A stretch of 64,000 nucleotides of DNA from an uncultured Planctomycetota bacterium (GCA_963841915.1 CAWJEN010000005.1:32001-96000); one strand, 5' to 3'. Counted from the first letter of the stretch, positions 54,242 to 64,000 are shown. Numbers and translations: made by a program. Notes: generated from the letters alone by a model not told the origin.

Positions 54242-54784
54242 ATGCACGCGTCGCCGATTCGTCAAGCTAAACACGAGCTTCGCCGTCGACTTCGGGCTGT
54301 GCCAGGTCACTGCGTCGGTGTCAGTGAGGTCGTGCTGGCGAGTGATCTTTGGGCCAAAGCGTCTGCAATCCTGCTCTTTGCACCCGACGCTTCAGAGCCT
54401 GATCTGACGCCGTTGTTCCACGTGGAACATGCTCGTCTGCACGCGCCACGGGTGTCGCAAGACGTGCTGGAGGTCGCCCAAGTCACGGCGTCGCCCGGCG
54501 GTGCAGGTTGGCGGCGGGGTCGATACGAACTCTGGGAGCCGACGGGTGATGCCGTCGATCCGACCTGCCTCGACCTCGTGATCGTGCCGGGCGTTGCCTT
54601 TGCACGTGACGGCAGACGCCTCGGGCGTGGCGGCGGGTTCTACGACCGGTTGCTCGCGTCGCTGCCGACGGTTGCGACGTGCGGCGTCTGCTGCAATGAG
54701 CGGCTGCTCGATGACCTGCCGACCGAGCCACACGACGTGCGGGTTCAGGCGGTGGCGACGCCTACCGGCTTGTGGCGGTCGTAG
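54242..54784 (+). CDS. 5-formyltetrahydrofolate cyclo-ligase
   Basis: K..LR, DLVIVPGVAF..GRRLGRGGGFYDR, EPHD. Confidence 0.9.
   Translation: MHASPIRQAKHELRRRLRAVPGHCVGVSEVVLASDLWAKASAILLFAPDASEPDLTPLFHVEHARLHAPRVSQDVLEVAQVTASPGGAGWRRGRYELWEPTGDAVDPTCLDLVIVPGVAFARDGRRLGRGGGFYDRLLASLPTVATCGVCCNERLLDDLPTEPHDVRVQAVATPTGLWRS
54414..54429. promoter_or_regulatory. parS: parS site within CDS
   Basis: TGTTCCACGTGGAACA encoding LFHVEH. Confidence 0.85.
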
Positions 54785-55305
54785 CCGTTGACCCGCAACA
54801 GCGTGTCGTTGGCTTCCTGCGGCATGTCGCCTTGGATGACGCTGAGCGAGCCGGTCGACTCCAGCACGACGGCTGCGACGGCATGCTCGTCGCGGTGACC
54901 GGCGACACGAATGGCGGCGACGACTTCGGCTTCGGTCACGCGTTCCTGCTTTAACGCGTCGTGAAGCATCGTTCCTTGCCACAGCAGCAGGGTCGGCCGG
55001 CTTTTGACGATCTTGTCGACTGCGTCACTCCGCGAGCAGGAGAGCGCGACGAGGTACTGCACGCCGATGAGCGTGCCGAACCCCGCCAGACCATTAAGAA
55101 GCGGCACACCGGTGTTGAGGATGGTCGCCGCCAGCGTGCTGCCGAGGGCGACGGTGACGACGAAGTCGAACGCGTTCATCTTGCTCAGCGTCCGCTTGCC
55201 GCTGACGCGGAGCATCACGACGAGCCCGAGGTACGCGAATAGTCCGACCACGAACACGCGGAGCGGCCCGGTCGGCTCGCCGATGAACCATTGGCTGATT
55301 GACAT
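54745..55305 (-). CDS. DUF421/YetF family membrane protein
   Basis: LRVSGKRTLSKMNAFDFVVTVALGS, VVLESTGSLSV. Confidence 0.9.
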   Translation of the reverse strand: MSISQWFIGEPTGPLRVFVVGLFAYLGLVVMLRVSGKRTLSKMNAFDFVVTVALGSTLAATILNTGVPLLNGLAGFGTLIGVQYLVALSCSRSDAVDKIVKSRPTLLLWQGTMLHDALKQERVTEAEVVAAIRVAGHRDEHAVAAVVLESTGSLSVIQGDMPQEANDTLLRVNGYDRHKPVGVATA

Positions 55306-55314
55306 GTCGAGGTT

Positions 55315-55812
55315 CTACCAGCCCCACGTCCCACTTGCGCCTTTAAAGGGTCCGACGAGGTTTGGCGTCCGCCAACCGCCGTAGAAGTCGCCTTCCTGAG
55401 CGTCGACCGTCATGTCGCCGATTGTGCACTTGCTCATGCGGCCTGGGTAAAACGACCAGTGATCCCGAAGTTCCGCAAAGGCCGGGACGGGGTCTCGATA
55501 CGTCCAAGCCGCCCGCTCGGCAACGTCATTGCCGACGACCACGTCTGCGTAGGTGGCCCTGCCCTTCCATTCGCACATCGACGACCCGCTGGCCTCGCGT
55601 AGCAGGTCCAGCCGCACGTCGGCCGGCGGGATGTAGATCGTCGGTGGGTGGCTCGTTTCCAGCACCCGGTACGCGTTCATGCTGCTGGCAATCGTCTCGC
55701 CGCCGAACGCGACTGTGACGCGTTGGCTCACCCGCTGCAAAGCCGGTGGCCGGGGGTAAGCCCACACCGACTCCTGTCCGGGCCCGGGCTTGATCGGCTT
55801 GGGTCTGCTCAT
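55315..55812 (-). CDS. DUF427 domain protein
   Basis: ESVWAYPRPP, VLETSHPP, CEWKG.A.Y, FYGGW. Confidence 0.9.
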   Translation of the reverse strand: MSRPKPIKPGPGQESVWAYPRPPALQRVSQRVTVAFGGETIASSMNAYRVLETSHPPTIYIPPADVRLDLLREASGSSMCEWKGRATYADVVVGNDVAERAAWTYRDPVPAFAELRDHWSFYPGRMSKCTIGDMTVDAQEGDFYGGWRTPNLVGPFKGASGTWGW

Positions 55813-55869
55813 CGGCCACATTATCTGCGCTGCGCGTTGGCGGCCAAGCGGGTCCGGGGGCGGCGGGAA

Positions 55870-55885
55870 TGTTCCACGTGGAACA
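55870..55885. promoter_or_regulatory. parS: parS site
   Basis: AATGTTCCACGTGGAACATT. Confidence 0.9.
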
Positions 55886-55932
55886 TTGCGATCACCCTTT
55901 GGCCCTCGGCAGCAGGGTTTTGTTACCTCAGA

Positions 55933-55948
55933 TGTTCCACGTGGCACA
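55933..55948. promoter_or_regulatory. parS: parS site (1 mismatch)
   Basis: TGTTCCACGTGGCACA. Confidence 0.7.
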
Positions 55949-56215
55949 CCCGCGGCGTCTTCGTGGTCGTAGCCGTGTCGTTGCTGCTACGGGTCTTGGC
56001 GTACGTGCCAGGTCCACTTTTACATCCGCCGTCACAAACGGCGGCGTGTGGGTCAGTAGCTGGTCAGGGCTTTTGCCCCGTCGCCTTGGCGGCCGCCGCG
56101 GCGCACGGGTGTGGGAGTCGCCGCCGCTGATCAACTCGCACGACATATCTGTCGATGTCCGTATCAGAGGGGGCGATCGACTTCCATCGATGCCCAAACA
56201 TTTACGCCGCTCACC

Positions 56216-57565
56216 ATGCAGACTGATTCCACCTCGCCAGCCGTTGCGACGCTCGAGTCGCTTCGCGGCTCACAACCGACGCCTGATTGGGTTAGCGAGG
56301 CCTCACCCTTCGAGCACCTCGTCGCCGCACTGGGTGAAAATGCCCGCAGTCGGGCGGTCCTCGTCCCTCCACACGGCCAGCACGAGCAGGTTGTTTGCGT
56401 CAGCACCGATGCGCTGTCGCGCAAGCTCGCCCAGCCGCACTTTGCGGACCTGCACGCCCACCGCACGGTGGCAGACGCCCTTGTCGATTGGCCGGTTCGG
56501 ACGCTTGTGCTTCAGGCCAACGACCGGATCGGCGACGTGGTCGACGCCATCAAAGGTCGCAAGGCCAGTTGGCGTTACGAGCCGGTCGTCGTGCAAGGCA
56601 CAAATGAGGACGACGACTTCTTCATCGTCGAGGTTCACGACCTGCTGGTCGCTCAGTTGAACCTGCTCCGTCGGGCGCAGCACACGCTTAACGACGCCCA
56701 CCGTGCCGCCGGTCGCGCAGAAATCGCCTGCAGCGTCCTGCACGACGTCGGCAACGCGCTCAACAGTGTCAACGTGTCGAGCCAAGTCGCCGGTGAACGC
56801 CTCGGTGGAAGCAGAAACCTCGCAAAAGAACTTATGCGGGCCGTCGCGCTACTGCGGGATGCCGAAGCGTCGAACGGCCTCGAAGCGCTTTTTGCCCCAA
56901 ACGGCCGAGGCCGCAGCTTGGCCGCGTATCTCAAGACGATCGCCGACAGCATCTCCGACACCTACAACGCCGTCGGCACCGAGGTCGCCGAGCTGTGCCA
57001 GGGGCTCGAGCACATCCAAAGCATCGTCGCCGCCCAGCAATCCTCTGCCAAGGCCGAGCAGATCTCTGCAGCCGTAGAGCCGGTCAATCCGGTAGCCCTT
57101 GTCGGTCACGCGCTTCGACTCAGCGGTGACGACCCGTCAATCACGCTCAACCTTGATCTGCCGGACGACCTGCCGTGGGTGACAACGGACGGCCATCGCG
57201 TTGTCCGCATCCTGACGAATTTCATCACCAATGCCCGCTGGGCCGTCGACGAGGGCCAAGCGACTCAACCCGAAATTACTGTGGGTGTCCGCCTTCGCGA
57301 TGATGAGCACGGGCAACGGCTCCAATTCTACGTCAGAGACAACGGCATCGGCTTCGAGAGCCAGCGCGGAAAGTCCTTGTTCGCACCAGGTTACACGACT
57401 CGCCCCGGTGGGCACGGCGTCGGGCTTCACTCGGTCGCCCTGGCGGCCGAAGAAGTGGGAGGCAGCGTGAAGGCACACAGCGACGGACCTGGCCTTGGCG
57501 CCATCTTCGAGCTGGTGGTCCCGCTTCCGGTCGTCCAGCAGGATCACCTGAAGTTCGCCGCATAA
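56216..57565 (+). CDS. Cytoplasmic sensor histidine kinase with N-terminal CBS-like pair
   Basis: H-box VLHDVGNALN, N-box NFITNA, DNGIG, GHGVGL, SDGPGLGA; no TM helix. Confidence 0.85.
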   Translation: MQTDSTSPAVATLESLRGSQPTPDWVSEASPFEHLVAALGENARSRAVLVPPHGQHEQVVCVSTDALSRKLAQPHFADLHAHRTVADALVDWPVRTLVLQANDRIGDVVDAIKGRKASWRYEPVVVQGTNEDDDFFIVEVHDLLVAQLNLLRRAQHTLNDAHRAAGRAEIACSVLHDVGNALNSVNVSSQVAGERLGGSRNLAKELMRAVALLRDAEASNGLEALFAPNGRGRSLAAYLKTIADSISDTYNAVGTEVAELCQGLEHIQSIVAAQQSSAKAEQISAAVEPVNPVALVGHALRLSGDDPSITLNLDLPDDLPWVTTDGHRVVRILTNFITNARWAVDEGQATQPEITVGVRLRDDEHGQRLQFYVRDNGIGFESQRGKSLFAPGYTTRPGGHGVGLHSVALAAEEVGGSVKAHSDGPGLGAIFELVVPLPVVQQDHLKFAA

Positions 57566-57628
57566 TCCGAATTCGAATCCGTATGACGGTCGGCCGCGAC
57601 GCGGCAGCCTGATCCCTTGCCTTCACTT

Positions 57629-59755
57629 ATGACTGCTTCTAACGAGCGCCGCGAACGTCCAGAGTCTGTCCTGGCCACTGCAAAGGTGTTGCCGGGCTTC
57701 AGGCCAAGACGGTTGCTCATCATTGATGACAACGAGGCCATCCACCGCGATTTTCGCAAAGGCCTTCTGCCCGCCAGCGACGGCGACAAGCGCGTCGACC
57801 AGCTCCGCGAGGCGGCCAGCAATTTGTTCGGGACCGACAGCGACCCGACGTGGCGGATCGGTGCTAACTTCGACATTGATCATGCGCACAGCGGCGAAAT
57901 GGGCATCGCCATGGCACAGGCTGCCCTGGATGAAGATCAACCATACGAAATGGCGTTCGTCGACGTCCGCATGCCGCCCGGCATCGACGGCATCACAACC
58001 ATCGGCAGGCTCTGGAAGATTGACGAACGACTTCAAACCTGCGTCTGCACCGCCTACAGCGACCGCGATTGGCAGGACGTGCTCGGCGAGCTCGGGCCAA
58101 GCGATCGACTGCTGATCCTTAAGAAACCGTTCGACCTGATCGAAATTCGGCAGATCGCCGTCGCCCTCAGCGAGAAATGGCGGCTAAGCCGCCTGGCAGA
58201 GCGTCAGGTCAACGAGCTGGAACTGCTGGTCCGTAGCCGCACCGCAGAATTGCAGCGCGCCCTCGTGCTCGATCGCCTGACGAGCCTGCCCAACCGCAGA
58301 ACGTTCAACGACCGACTGGCCAAGGCGATCAAGCGGCGTCGGACCGAGCCAAACTACAAGTTCGGCCTCGTCTTCCTGGGAATCGACCGGTTCAAAGTCA
58401 TCAACGACGCTGTCGGTCACGACGGCGGTGACGAGCTGCTTCGGCAGATCGGCCGCAGGCTTGACGAAGCGGTGCGTGCGACCGACACGGTCGGTGCTCT
58501 GGGCAGACGGTCCGACAATCACGGTCGCCGATCCTCCGATCCCGAAGATGCTGTGAAGCGTGCGCCGTCAAGCGGATTGTTCGCATCGAAGACGAAGCAG
58601 GCGACCGGCCACACCGCCGCCCGCATCGGTGGGGACGAGTTCGTCGTGTTGCTCGACAGCCTGACGAACGAAGACGACGGCGAGATCGTTGCCGACCGTC
58701 TGATGGACATCCTGTCGATGCCGTACCACGTCAAGGGCAAGCAGCTCGACGTGACGGTGAGCCTGGGCGTGACGAGCAGCCGGCTCAATTACGCATCGCC
58801 CGAGGAAATGTTGCGTGACGCCGACGCGGCGATGCATCGTGGCAAGAGCCTGGGTCGCGGCCGGGTGATCAGCTATAACGCCAAGATGCAGGAAGAGGCG
58901 CGTCAGCGGACGCTGGTCGAGCACGACTTGCGAGGTGCTGCCGAGCGTGGCGAGTTGCGGGTCGTCTATCAGCCGATCGTTCATGCGGCCGACGGCACGC
59001 TGGCGGGTCACGAGGCATTGATTCGCTGGCACCACCCGCAGCAGGGCTTGCTAAGCCCGGTCGCTTTCATTGCCGCCGCCGAGGAGAGTGGGCTGGTGTG
59101 TGAGCTGGGTGACTGGATGTTGCGGACAGCTGCACAGGAGTACGCCGGTTGGCTCGGCGAATCGGCGACGCCGCTGGACGTGACGATGAACGTCAACCTC
59201 AGCCGAAAGCAGCTCATCGAGACCGACCTTGTCAGCCGCGTGGCCAAGGTCATCGAGGTCAACAACCTCAAACCTGGTCAGCTCAAGCTCGAAGTGACCG
59301 AAGGCGGCGTCATGGAGAACCCGACCGACAGCGTCCGCGTGCTTCGCGAGCTCAAGGCGCTGGGCACGCGGATCGTGATCGACGATTTCGGCACGGGGTA
59401 CAGCTCGCTGGCCTGCCTGCACCAGTTCCCACTCGATTGCGTGAAGCTGGATCGATCGTTCATCCGTCAGCTCGAAACGAGCAACGACTACGCAGCGGTC
59501 ATCGAGGCGATCGTGACGCTGACGCGGGCGCTGGACATTGAACTCGTCGCCGAAGGTGTCGAGACTGCTGCCCAGTGGGGCGTGCTCCGCGACATGGGTT
59601 GCGACCTGCTGCAGGGCTACTACTTCGGCAAGCCGCTCGACCCGGCCGTTGCACGTGGGATCACGATCGCCACGCCGGGAAGAAGCTTGTGCGACGGCCT
59701 GCTGGTCGGGGACAACTACGGACCAAGCGACCTGCGACTTGTTGCAGCAGCGTAA
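57629..59755 (+). CDS. Response regulator REC-GGDEF-EAL protein
   Basis: IIDD, DVRMPPGIDG, KPF; LTSLPNR, GGDEF; EAL, DDFGTGYSS, AEGVE, QGYYF. Confidence 0.93.
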   Translation: MTASNERRERPESVLATAKVLPGFRPRRLLIIDDNEAIHRDFRKGLLPASDGDKRVDQLREAASNLFGTDSDPTWRIGANFDIDHAHSGEMGIAMAQAALDEDQPYEMAFVDVRMPPGIDGITTIGRLWKIDERLQTCVCTAYSDRDWQDVLGELGPSDRLLILKKPFDLIEIRQIAVALSEKWRLSRLAERQVNELELLVRSRTAELQRALVLDRLTSLPNRRTFNDRLAKAIKRRRTEPNYKFGLVFLGIDRFKVINDAVGHDGGDELLRQIGRRLDEAVRATDTVGALGRRSDNHGRRSSDPEDAVKRAPSSGLFASKTKQATGHTAARIGGDEFVVLLDSLTNEDDGEIVADRLMDILSMPYHVKGKQLDVTVSLGVTSSRLNYASPEEMLRDADAAMHRGKSLGRGRVISYNAKMQEEARQRTLVEHDLRGAAERGELRVVYQPIVHAADGTLAGHEALIRWHHPQQGLLSPVAFIAAAEESGLVCELGDWMLRTAAQEYAGWLGESATPLDVTMNVNLSRKQLIETDLVSRVAKVIEVNNLKPGQLKLEVTEGGVMENPTDSVRVLRELKALGTRIVIDDFGTGYSSLACLHQFPLDCVKLDRSFIRQLETSNDYAAVIEAIVTLTRALDIELVAEGVETAAQWGVLRDMGCDLLQGYYFGKPLDPAVARGITIATPGRSLCDGLLVGDNYGPSDLRLVAAA

Positions 59756-59891
59756 AGGCCGGAGCTTTGCTCGTGCCTGGCACGATTTGAAGCGGCCGCG
59801 TCCCTGTGGCACCTGACGAGCCGCTGCGTCTGAAAAGGAACGGCTTTAGCCGTCCGGCTATGCTGCTAAGTCGTCAGCCCGGTGCCGCCTC

Positions 59892-61679
59892 ATGCAGATC
59901 ATTAAAGGAATAGGAGTTTCGCCCGGCGTCACCGTCGCACCCGCTGTCGTGCTGGACGCTGAGGACGTGGTGATCCGCGAGCGGAACATCGACGCCGACA
60001 AGGTTGAGGCCGAAATTACGCGTGTCAGCGACGCCATCGGGCAATCACGCGAAGAGCTTGCGGCCCTGTCGGCCAAGGTCAGTGCCGAGCACGGCAAGCA
60101 AGTCGCCGGCATCTTCGACTTTCACCTCGGGCTGCTCGGTGATCGCTCGCTTGTGCGCAAGATCACCAAGGCCGTTGGTGATGACAAGCTGACGGCCGAG
60201 TATGCCGTCAGCCGGACGATGCGTGACCTCGCTCGGCAGTTCGAGCAGATGCCCGACGCCTATCTCGCCGCCCGTGCGGGCGACGTCTACGACGTTGAAA
60301 AACGCGTGCTTCGCCTGCTCATCGGGGAACGGCACGAGTCGCTGAGCAAGCTGGACCGCGATGTCGTCGTCATCGGGCCCGACCTGCTGCCGAGCCAGAC
60401 GGCGGCGCTGGACAAGAATCACGTGCTCGGCTTTGCCACCGATGCGGGCGGACGGACGAGCCACACCGCCATCGTCGCCCGGGCGATGAACATCCCGGCG
60501 GTCGTCGGCCTCGGCAACGCGACGCGTCGCCTCAACGGTGGCGACATCGTCGTCATCGACGGCACGAACGGCGTGATCGTCATCGATCCCGACGAGCAGC
60601 AACTGGCCGAATATCGTCTGCAGGCGATCAAGCGGGCGGCCCAGACGGCCGACCTCGCCCTGCTGCGCGATTTGCCGGCCGAGACGAAGGACGAACACCG
60701 CGTCGGCCTGCACGCCAACATCGAGTTTCCAGGCGAGATCAAAGACGCGCTGGAACGCGGTGCCGAGGGCATCGGGCTGTACCGCACGGAGTTCCTGTAC
60801 CTCGCCGCCGACCACGAACCGACGGAGGAAGAGCACTTTGCCGCCTACGCAGACGCGGTTCGGCGGCTCGAGGGTCGCCCGCTCGTTATCCGCACACTCG
60901 ATCTTGGTGCCGACAAGTATTCCGAAGGCTCTGCCTCGGCAGATCCTGCGACTCGCAAGACCTACGACGGCCGCCCGACCGAGCGCAACCCGTTCCTGGG
61001 TGACCGCTCGATCCGGCTTTGTCTGCACGACTTGCCGATGTTCAAGCGGCAATTGCGGGCGATCCTGCGGGCCAGCGCCGCTACGAGCAACGCCGACGTG
61101 CGGATCATGTTCCCGATGATCACGACGATCACGGAGCTGCGTCAGGCCAAGATGGTGCTGCGGGACGTGGAAGAAGAGCTCGAGGACGAGGATCTGCCGT
61201 TCAAGCGTGGCATTCCGGTCGGCATGATGATCGAGGTGCCGTCGGCGGCGTTGATGGCGTCGCAGCTTGCACGCGAGGTCGACTTCTTTTCGATCGGCAC
61301 GAACGACCTCATCCAGTACACGCTGGCCGTCGACCGAACGAACGAGCGCGTCGCCGGCTTGTTCAACCCGGCGCACCCGGCGGTGCTGAGCCTGATTCGC
61401 GGCGTGATCCGGGCGGCGCAGCGACACAACATCGGCGTCAGCGTGTGCGGGGAAATGGCCGGCGAGCCGATCTACACTCTCTTGCTCCTCGGGCTCGGGT
61501 TGAACACGTTCTCCATGAACGGACCTGACGTGCCGGAGGTCAAACGGATCATCCGTGCGACCACTAACAAGCACGCCCGAGAAGTGAGCCGGCAGGTGAT
61601 GAGCTTCGACAGTGAACGGCAAGTCACCCGCTATCTTCAGGAAGAACAGCGAAAGCTCTTTCCAGAGCAAAACGTCTGA
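59892..61679 (+). CDS. ptsI: Phosphoenolpyruvate-protein phosphotransferase (PTS enzyme I)
   Basis: GGRTSHTAIVAR, GIGLYRTEF, RTLDLGADK, E.NPFLG.R, SIGTNDL, CGEMA. Confidence 0.95.
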   Translation: MQIIKGIGVSPGVTVAPAVVLDAEDVVIRERNIDADKVEAEITRVSDAIGQSREELAALSAKVSAEHGKQVAGIFDFHLGLLGDRSLVRKITKAVGDDKLTAEYAVSRTMRDLARQFEQMPDAYLAARAGDVYDVEKRVLRLLIGERHESLSKLDRDVVVIGPDLLPSQTAALDKNHVLGFATDAGGRTSHTAIVARAMNIPAVVGLGNATRRLNGGDIVVIDGTNGVIVIDPDEQQLAEYRLQAIKRAAQTADLALLRDLPAETKDEHRVGLHANIEFPGEIKDALERGAEGIGLYRTEFLYLAADHEPTEEEHFAAYADAVRRLEGRPLVIRTLDLGADKYSEGSASADPATRKTYDGRPTERNPFLGDRSIRLCLHDLPMFKRQLRAILRASAATSNADVRIMFPMITTITELRQAKMVLRDVEEELEDEDLPFKRGIPVGMMIEVPSAALMASQLAREVDFFSIGTNDLIQYTLAVDRTNERVAGLFNPAHPAVLSLIRGVIRAAQRHNIGVSVCGEMAGEPIYTLLLLGLGLNTFSMNGPDVPEVKRIIRATTNKHAREVSRQVMSFDSERQVTRYLQEEQRKLFPEQNV

Positions 61680-61903
61680 TCGTCCGTCATTGACCGGCTT
61701 TTGCCGCGTCCAAAGCACACACCGCCGACGATCTGTCGGTGGTCCACACTCCCGTTACCCACATCAAGGGGGACGGCCAGCCCGCTCACGCGACGCGGTC
61801 GAGCACGACGGACGGCACACGCCGACCGCAACGCTCCCGCGCAGCCTGAACGTCTTTGCAGCTACCTGCAGACAACAGCGACAACGGCCGTCCCAATGCC
61901 CCT

Positions 61904-64000
61904 ATGGCCAAGGAACTGCTCGTCAACGTCACCCGCGGTGAAGAAGTCCGCGTCGCCCTCGTCGAGGACGGACAACTCGAAGAAATCTACCTTGAGAGAG
62001 ATAATGCCGCCTCCAGCGTCGGCAACATCTATCTCGGCAAGGTCACCAACGTAGAAGGCTCTATTCAGGCCGCCTTCGTCGACTTCGGTTACGGCCGAAA
62101 CGGCTTCCTGCACGTCCAGGACTTGCACCCTGACCACTTCCCCGACGGCGGGCGGTGGGAGAACATGGAAGAACGCGTCGGCAAGAAGATCGGCCGACGC
62201 GACAGGCCGCCCATCCAGGACTGCCTGCGACGCGGCGACCGCATCGTCGTCCAGATCATCAAGGAGGGCATCGGCACCAAGGGCCCGACACTCACGTCGT
62301 ACCCGTCGATCCCCGGTCGTTTCCTCGTCGCCATGCCCGGCGTCGGGCAGATGGGCGTAAGCAAGAACATCGAAGACGAGAAGGAACGTCGCCGCCTGCG
62401 CAAGGTGCTTGACGGCCTCGAACAACCCAAGGACGTCGGTTTCATCATCCGGACCGCCGGCGAAGGCAAGACCAAGGCCGAGCTCGAGCGGGACTTTAAG
62501 TACCTCAGCCGCCTCTGGGCCGAAATCGACGCCAAGCGTAAGACCGCCAAAGCGCCTGCCCTGCTCTACAGCGAGGGCGACCTTGTCACCCGCACCGTTC
62601 GCGACGTCTGGAGCGGCGAAGTTGATCGCATCGTGTGCGACGACGTCGAAACGGCCGTCCGGATTCGGCAGTTTTTCAAGCTGCTTATGCCGCGGACGAA
62701 GGTCGACGTGCGGCTGTACGAGGGCCGCGTGCCGTTGTTTCACGCCAGCGGCATCGAGCGGGAGATCGAGACGATGTTCAGCCGACACGTGCCGCTGGCC
62801 AACGGCGGCAGCCTCGTCATCGACTCGACCGAGGCCGTCGTCGCCATCGACGTCAACACCGGCAAGTTTCGCGAGCATGGCGACGCCGAAGAGACTGCGT
62901 TCCGCATGGACCTCGAAGCGGCCGACGAAATTTGCCGCCAGCTTCGCCTGCGTGACCTTGGCGGCCTCGTCATCTGCGACTTCATCGATCTGCGGTACAG
63001 CCGCCACCGTCAGCAGCTGCACGATCGCCTGACGGAGCAATTCAAGCGTGACCGTGCCAAGAGCCGGCACCTCATGATGAGTGAGTTCGGGATTGTGGAG
63101 ATGACGCGTCAGCGGATGCGGCCTGACCTCAAGAAGAGCGTCTTCATGCCCTCGCCGTGGAGTCGCGGCAGCGGATTCATCAAGACGCCAGAGAGCCTTG
63201 CCCTCGACGTGCTGCGTCGCCTGCAAGTCGCCGCCGCCAATGACCGTGTGATGCGGGTTTGCGTCCGGCTGCACCCGACCGCCGCCGTGAAGGTGTTGAA
63301 CCTCAAGCGTCGCGCGTTGGCCGAAATTGAGCGGAAGGAGAACCTGCCGATCGAGATCGTGCCGGACGACAAGCTCGCCGCCGACGCCATTGAATTCGAC
63401 TGCTACGACGACCGTGATCAGAACGTCGTTATCGAATCGATCAAGGACCGCGAGGAAGAAGGCGTCGATCAGGGCGGCCAACGCAAGCGTCGTCGCGGCG
63501 GCCGCGGGCGGACGAAGAAGGTCGAGAACACCGGCATCGACGAAGCCGTCGAACTCGACGAGGACGGCCTCGTTGATCTGCCGAAGATGAAGGAGCTTGG
63601 CGACCTCAAGCTCGACGAAGTCGAAGCCCTTGCCGCCGAGGTCAGCAAGAAGGTCGAGCAGGACGCCGATCCGATGCGTGAGGTGCTCGAAGCCCTCGGC
63701 CGGGCCGAGAAGGACGAGGCCGTCATTGCCGCCCAAGAGGCGGATGACGAAGACGACGAAGACAATGACAAGCCCAAGTCACGCCGTGGCAACCGCCGCG
63801 GCGGGCGTGGGCGAGGAAGTCGCGACGAAGTCTCGACCGAAGCCGAAGCCTCAGACGCCGAGTCTGTTGAAGCGACTGACGATACTGGCGAGGAAGAAGC
63901 CTCCGAGTCGACAGGCCGCCGTCGCAGGCGTCGCCGCCGCCGTCGTGGCGGCGAAGGTGCCGACGAGTCAACCGAAAGCGGTGAAAGCATCGAGGAGACT
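61904..64000 (+). CDS. rne: Ribonuclease E/G family with long acidic/Arg-rich C-terminal tail; runs off window edge
   Basis: Manual translation MAKELLVNV..EEVRVALV..GNIYLGKV..QAAFVDFG..NGFL, IDVNTG, LRLRDLGGL..DFID. Missing from the ORF track because there is no stop in the window. Confidence 0.93.
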   Translation, partial: MAKELLVNVTRGEEVRVALVEDGQLEEIYLERDNAASSVGNIYLGKVTNVEGSIQAAFVDFGYGRNGFLHVQDLHPDHFPDGGRWENMEERVGKKIGRRDRPPIQDCLRRGDRIVVQIIKEGIGTKGPTLTSYPSIPGRFLVAMPGVGQMGVSKNIEDEKERRRLRKVLDGLEQPKDVGFIIRTAGEGKTKAELERDFKYLSRLWAEIDAKRKTAKAPALLYSEGDLVTRTVRDVWSGEVDRIVCDDVETAVRIRQFFKLLMPRTKVDVRLYEGRVPLFHASGIEREIETMFSRHVPLANGGSLVIDSTEAVVAIDVNTGKFREHGDAEETAFRMDLEAADEICRQLRLRDLGGLVICDFIDLRYSRHRQQLHDRLTEQFKRDRAKSRHLMMSEFGIVEMTRQRMRPDLKKSVFMPSPWSRGSGFIKTPESLALDVLRRLQVAAANDRVMRVCVRLHPTAAVKVLNLKRRALAEIERKENLPIEIVPDDKLAADAIEFDCYDDRDQNVVIESIKDREEEGVDQGGQRKRRRGGRGRTKKVENTGIDEAVELDEDGLVDLPKMKELGDLKLDEVEALAAEVSKKVEQDADPMREVLEALGRAEKDEAVIAAQEADDEDDEDNDKPKSRRGNRRGGRGRGSRDEVSTEAEASDAESVEATDDTGEEEASESTGRRRRRRRRRRGGEGADESTESGESIEET

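Overview
GC-rich chromosomal window, most likely from a planctomycete (Phycisphaerae-like). This is inferred from LE-x-RRLL extracellular proteins with dockerin-like tails, prepilin/H-X9-DG proteins and a PEP-CTERM protein. It carries about 45 genes. Housekeeping genes include rpsA, mutM, dxs, clpC, queA, ilvN, infC, ptsI, an RNase E/G, an ATP-dependent DNA ligase and a MoxR-DUF58-vWA operon. There is also a decayed carbohydrate-utilisation mosaic at 1-9.7 kb, three large dockerin-tailed surface proteins, a spiro-SPASM-like/NeuA/NeuB nonulosonate operon, and a CBS-histidine kinase with a REC-GGDEF-EAL partner. Patterns beyond the gene list: (i) eight parS palindromes (TGTTCCACGTGGAACA), six in three intergenic doublets, two of which share a linker; (ii) a TAnnnT -10 box 5-9 nt before the start codon of 14 genes, suggesting leaderless mRNAs; (iii) operon-wise clustering of C-terminal Ala-Ala tails, possible ClpXP degrons; (iv) a beta-clamp-type motif QLMLF at the end of the ligase; (v) a 158-bp element with 30-bp inverted arms (REPIN-like or ncRNA). 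Three lesions (dxs frameshift, prepilin frameshift, amber codon in a GH5-like gene) may be assembly errors. No rRNA, tRNA, CRISPR array or transposase was recognised. All calls come from reading motifs by eye; no searches were run.
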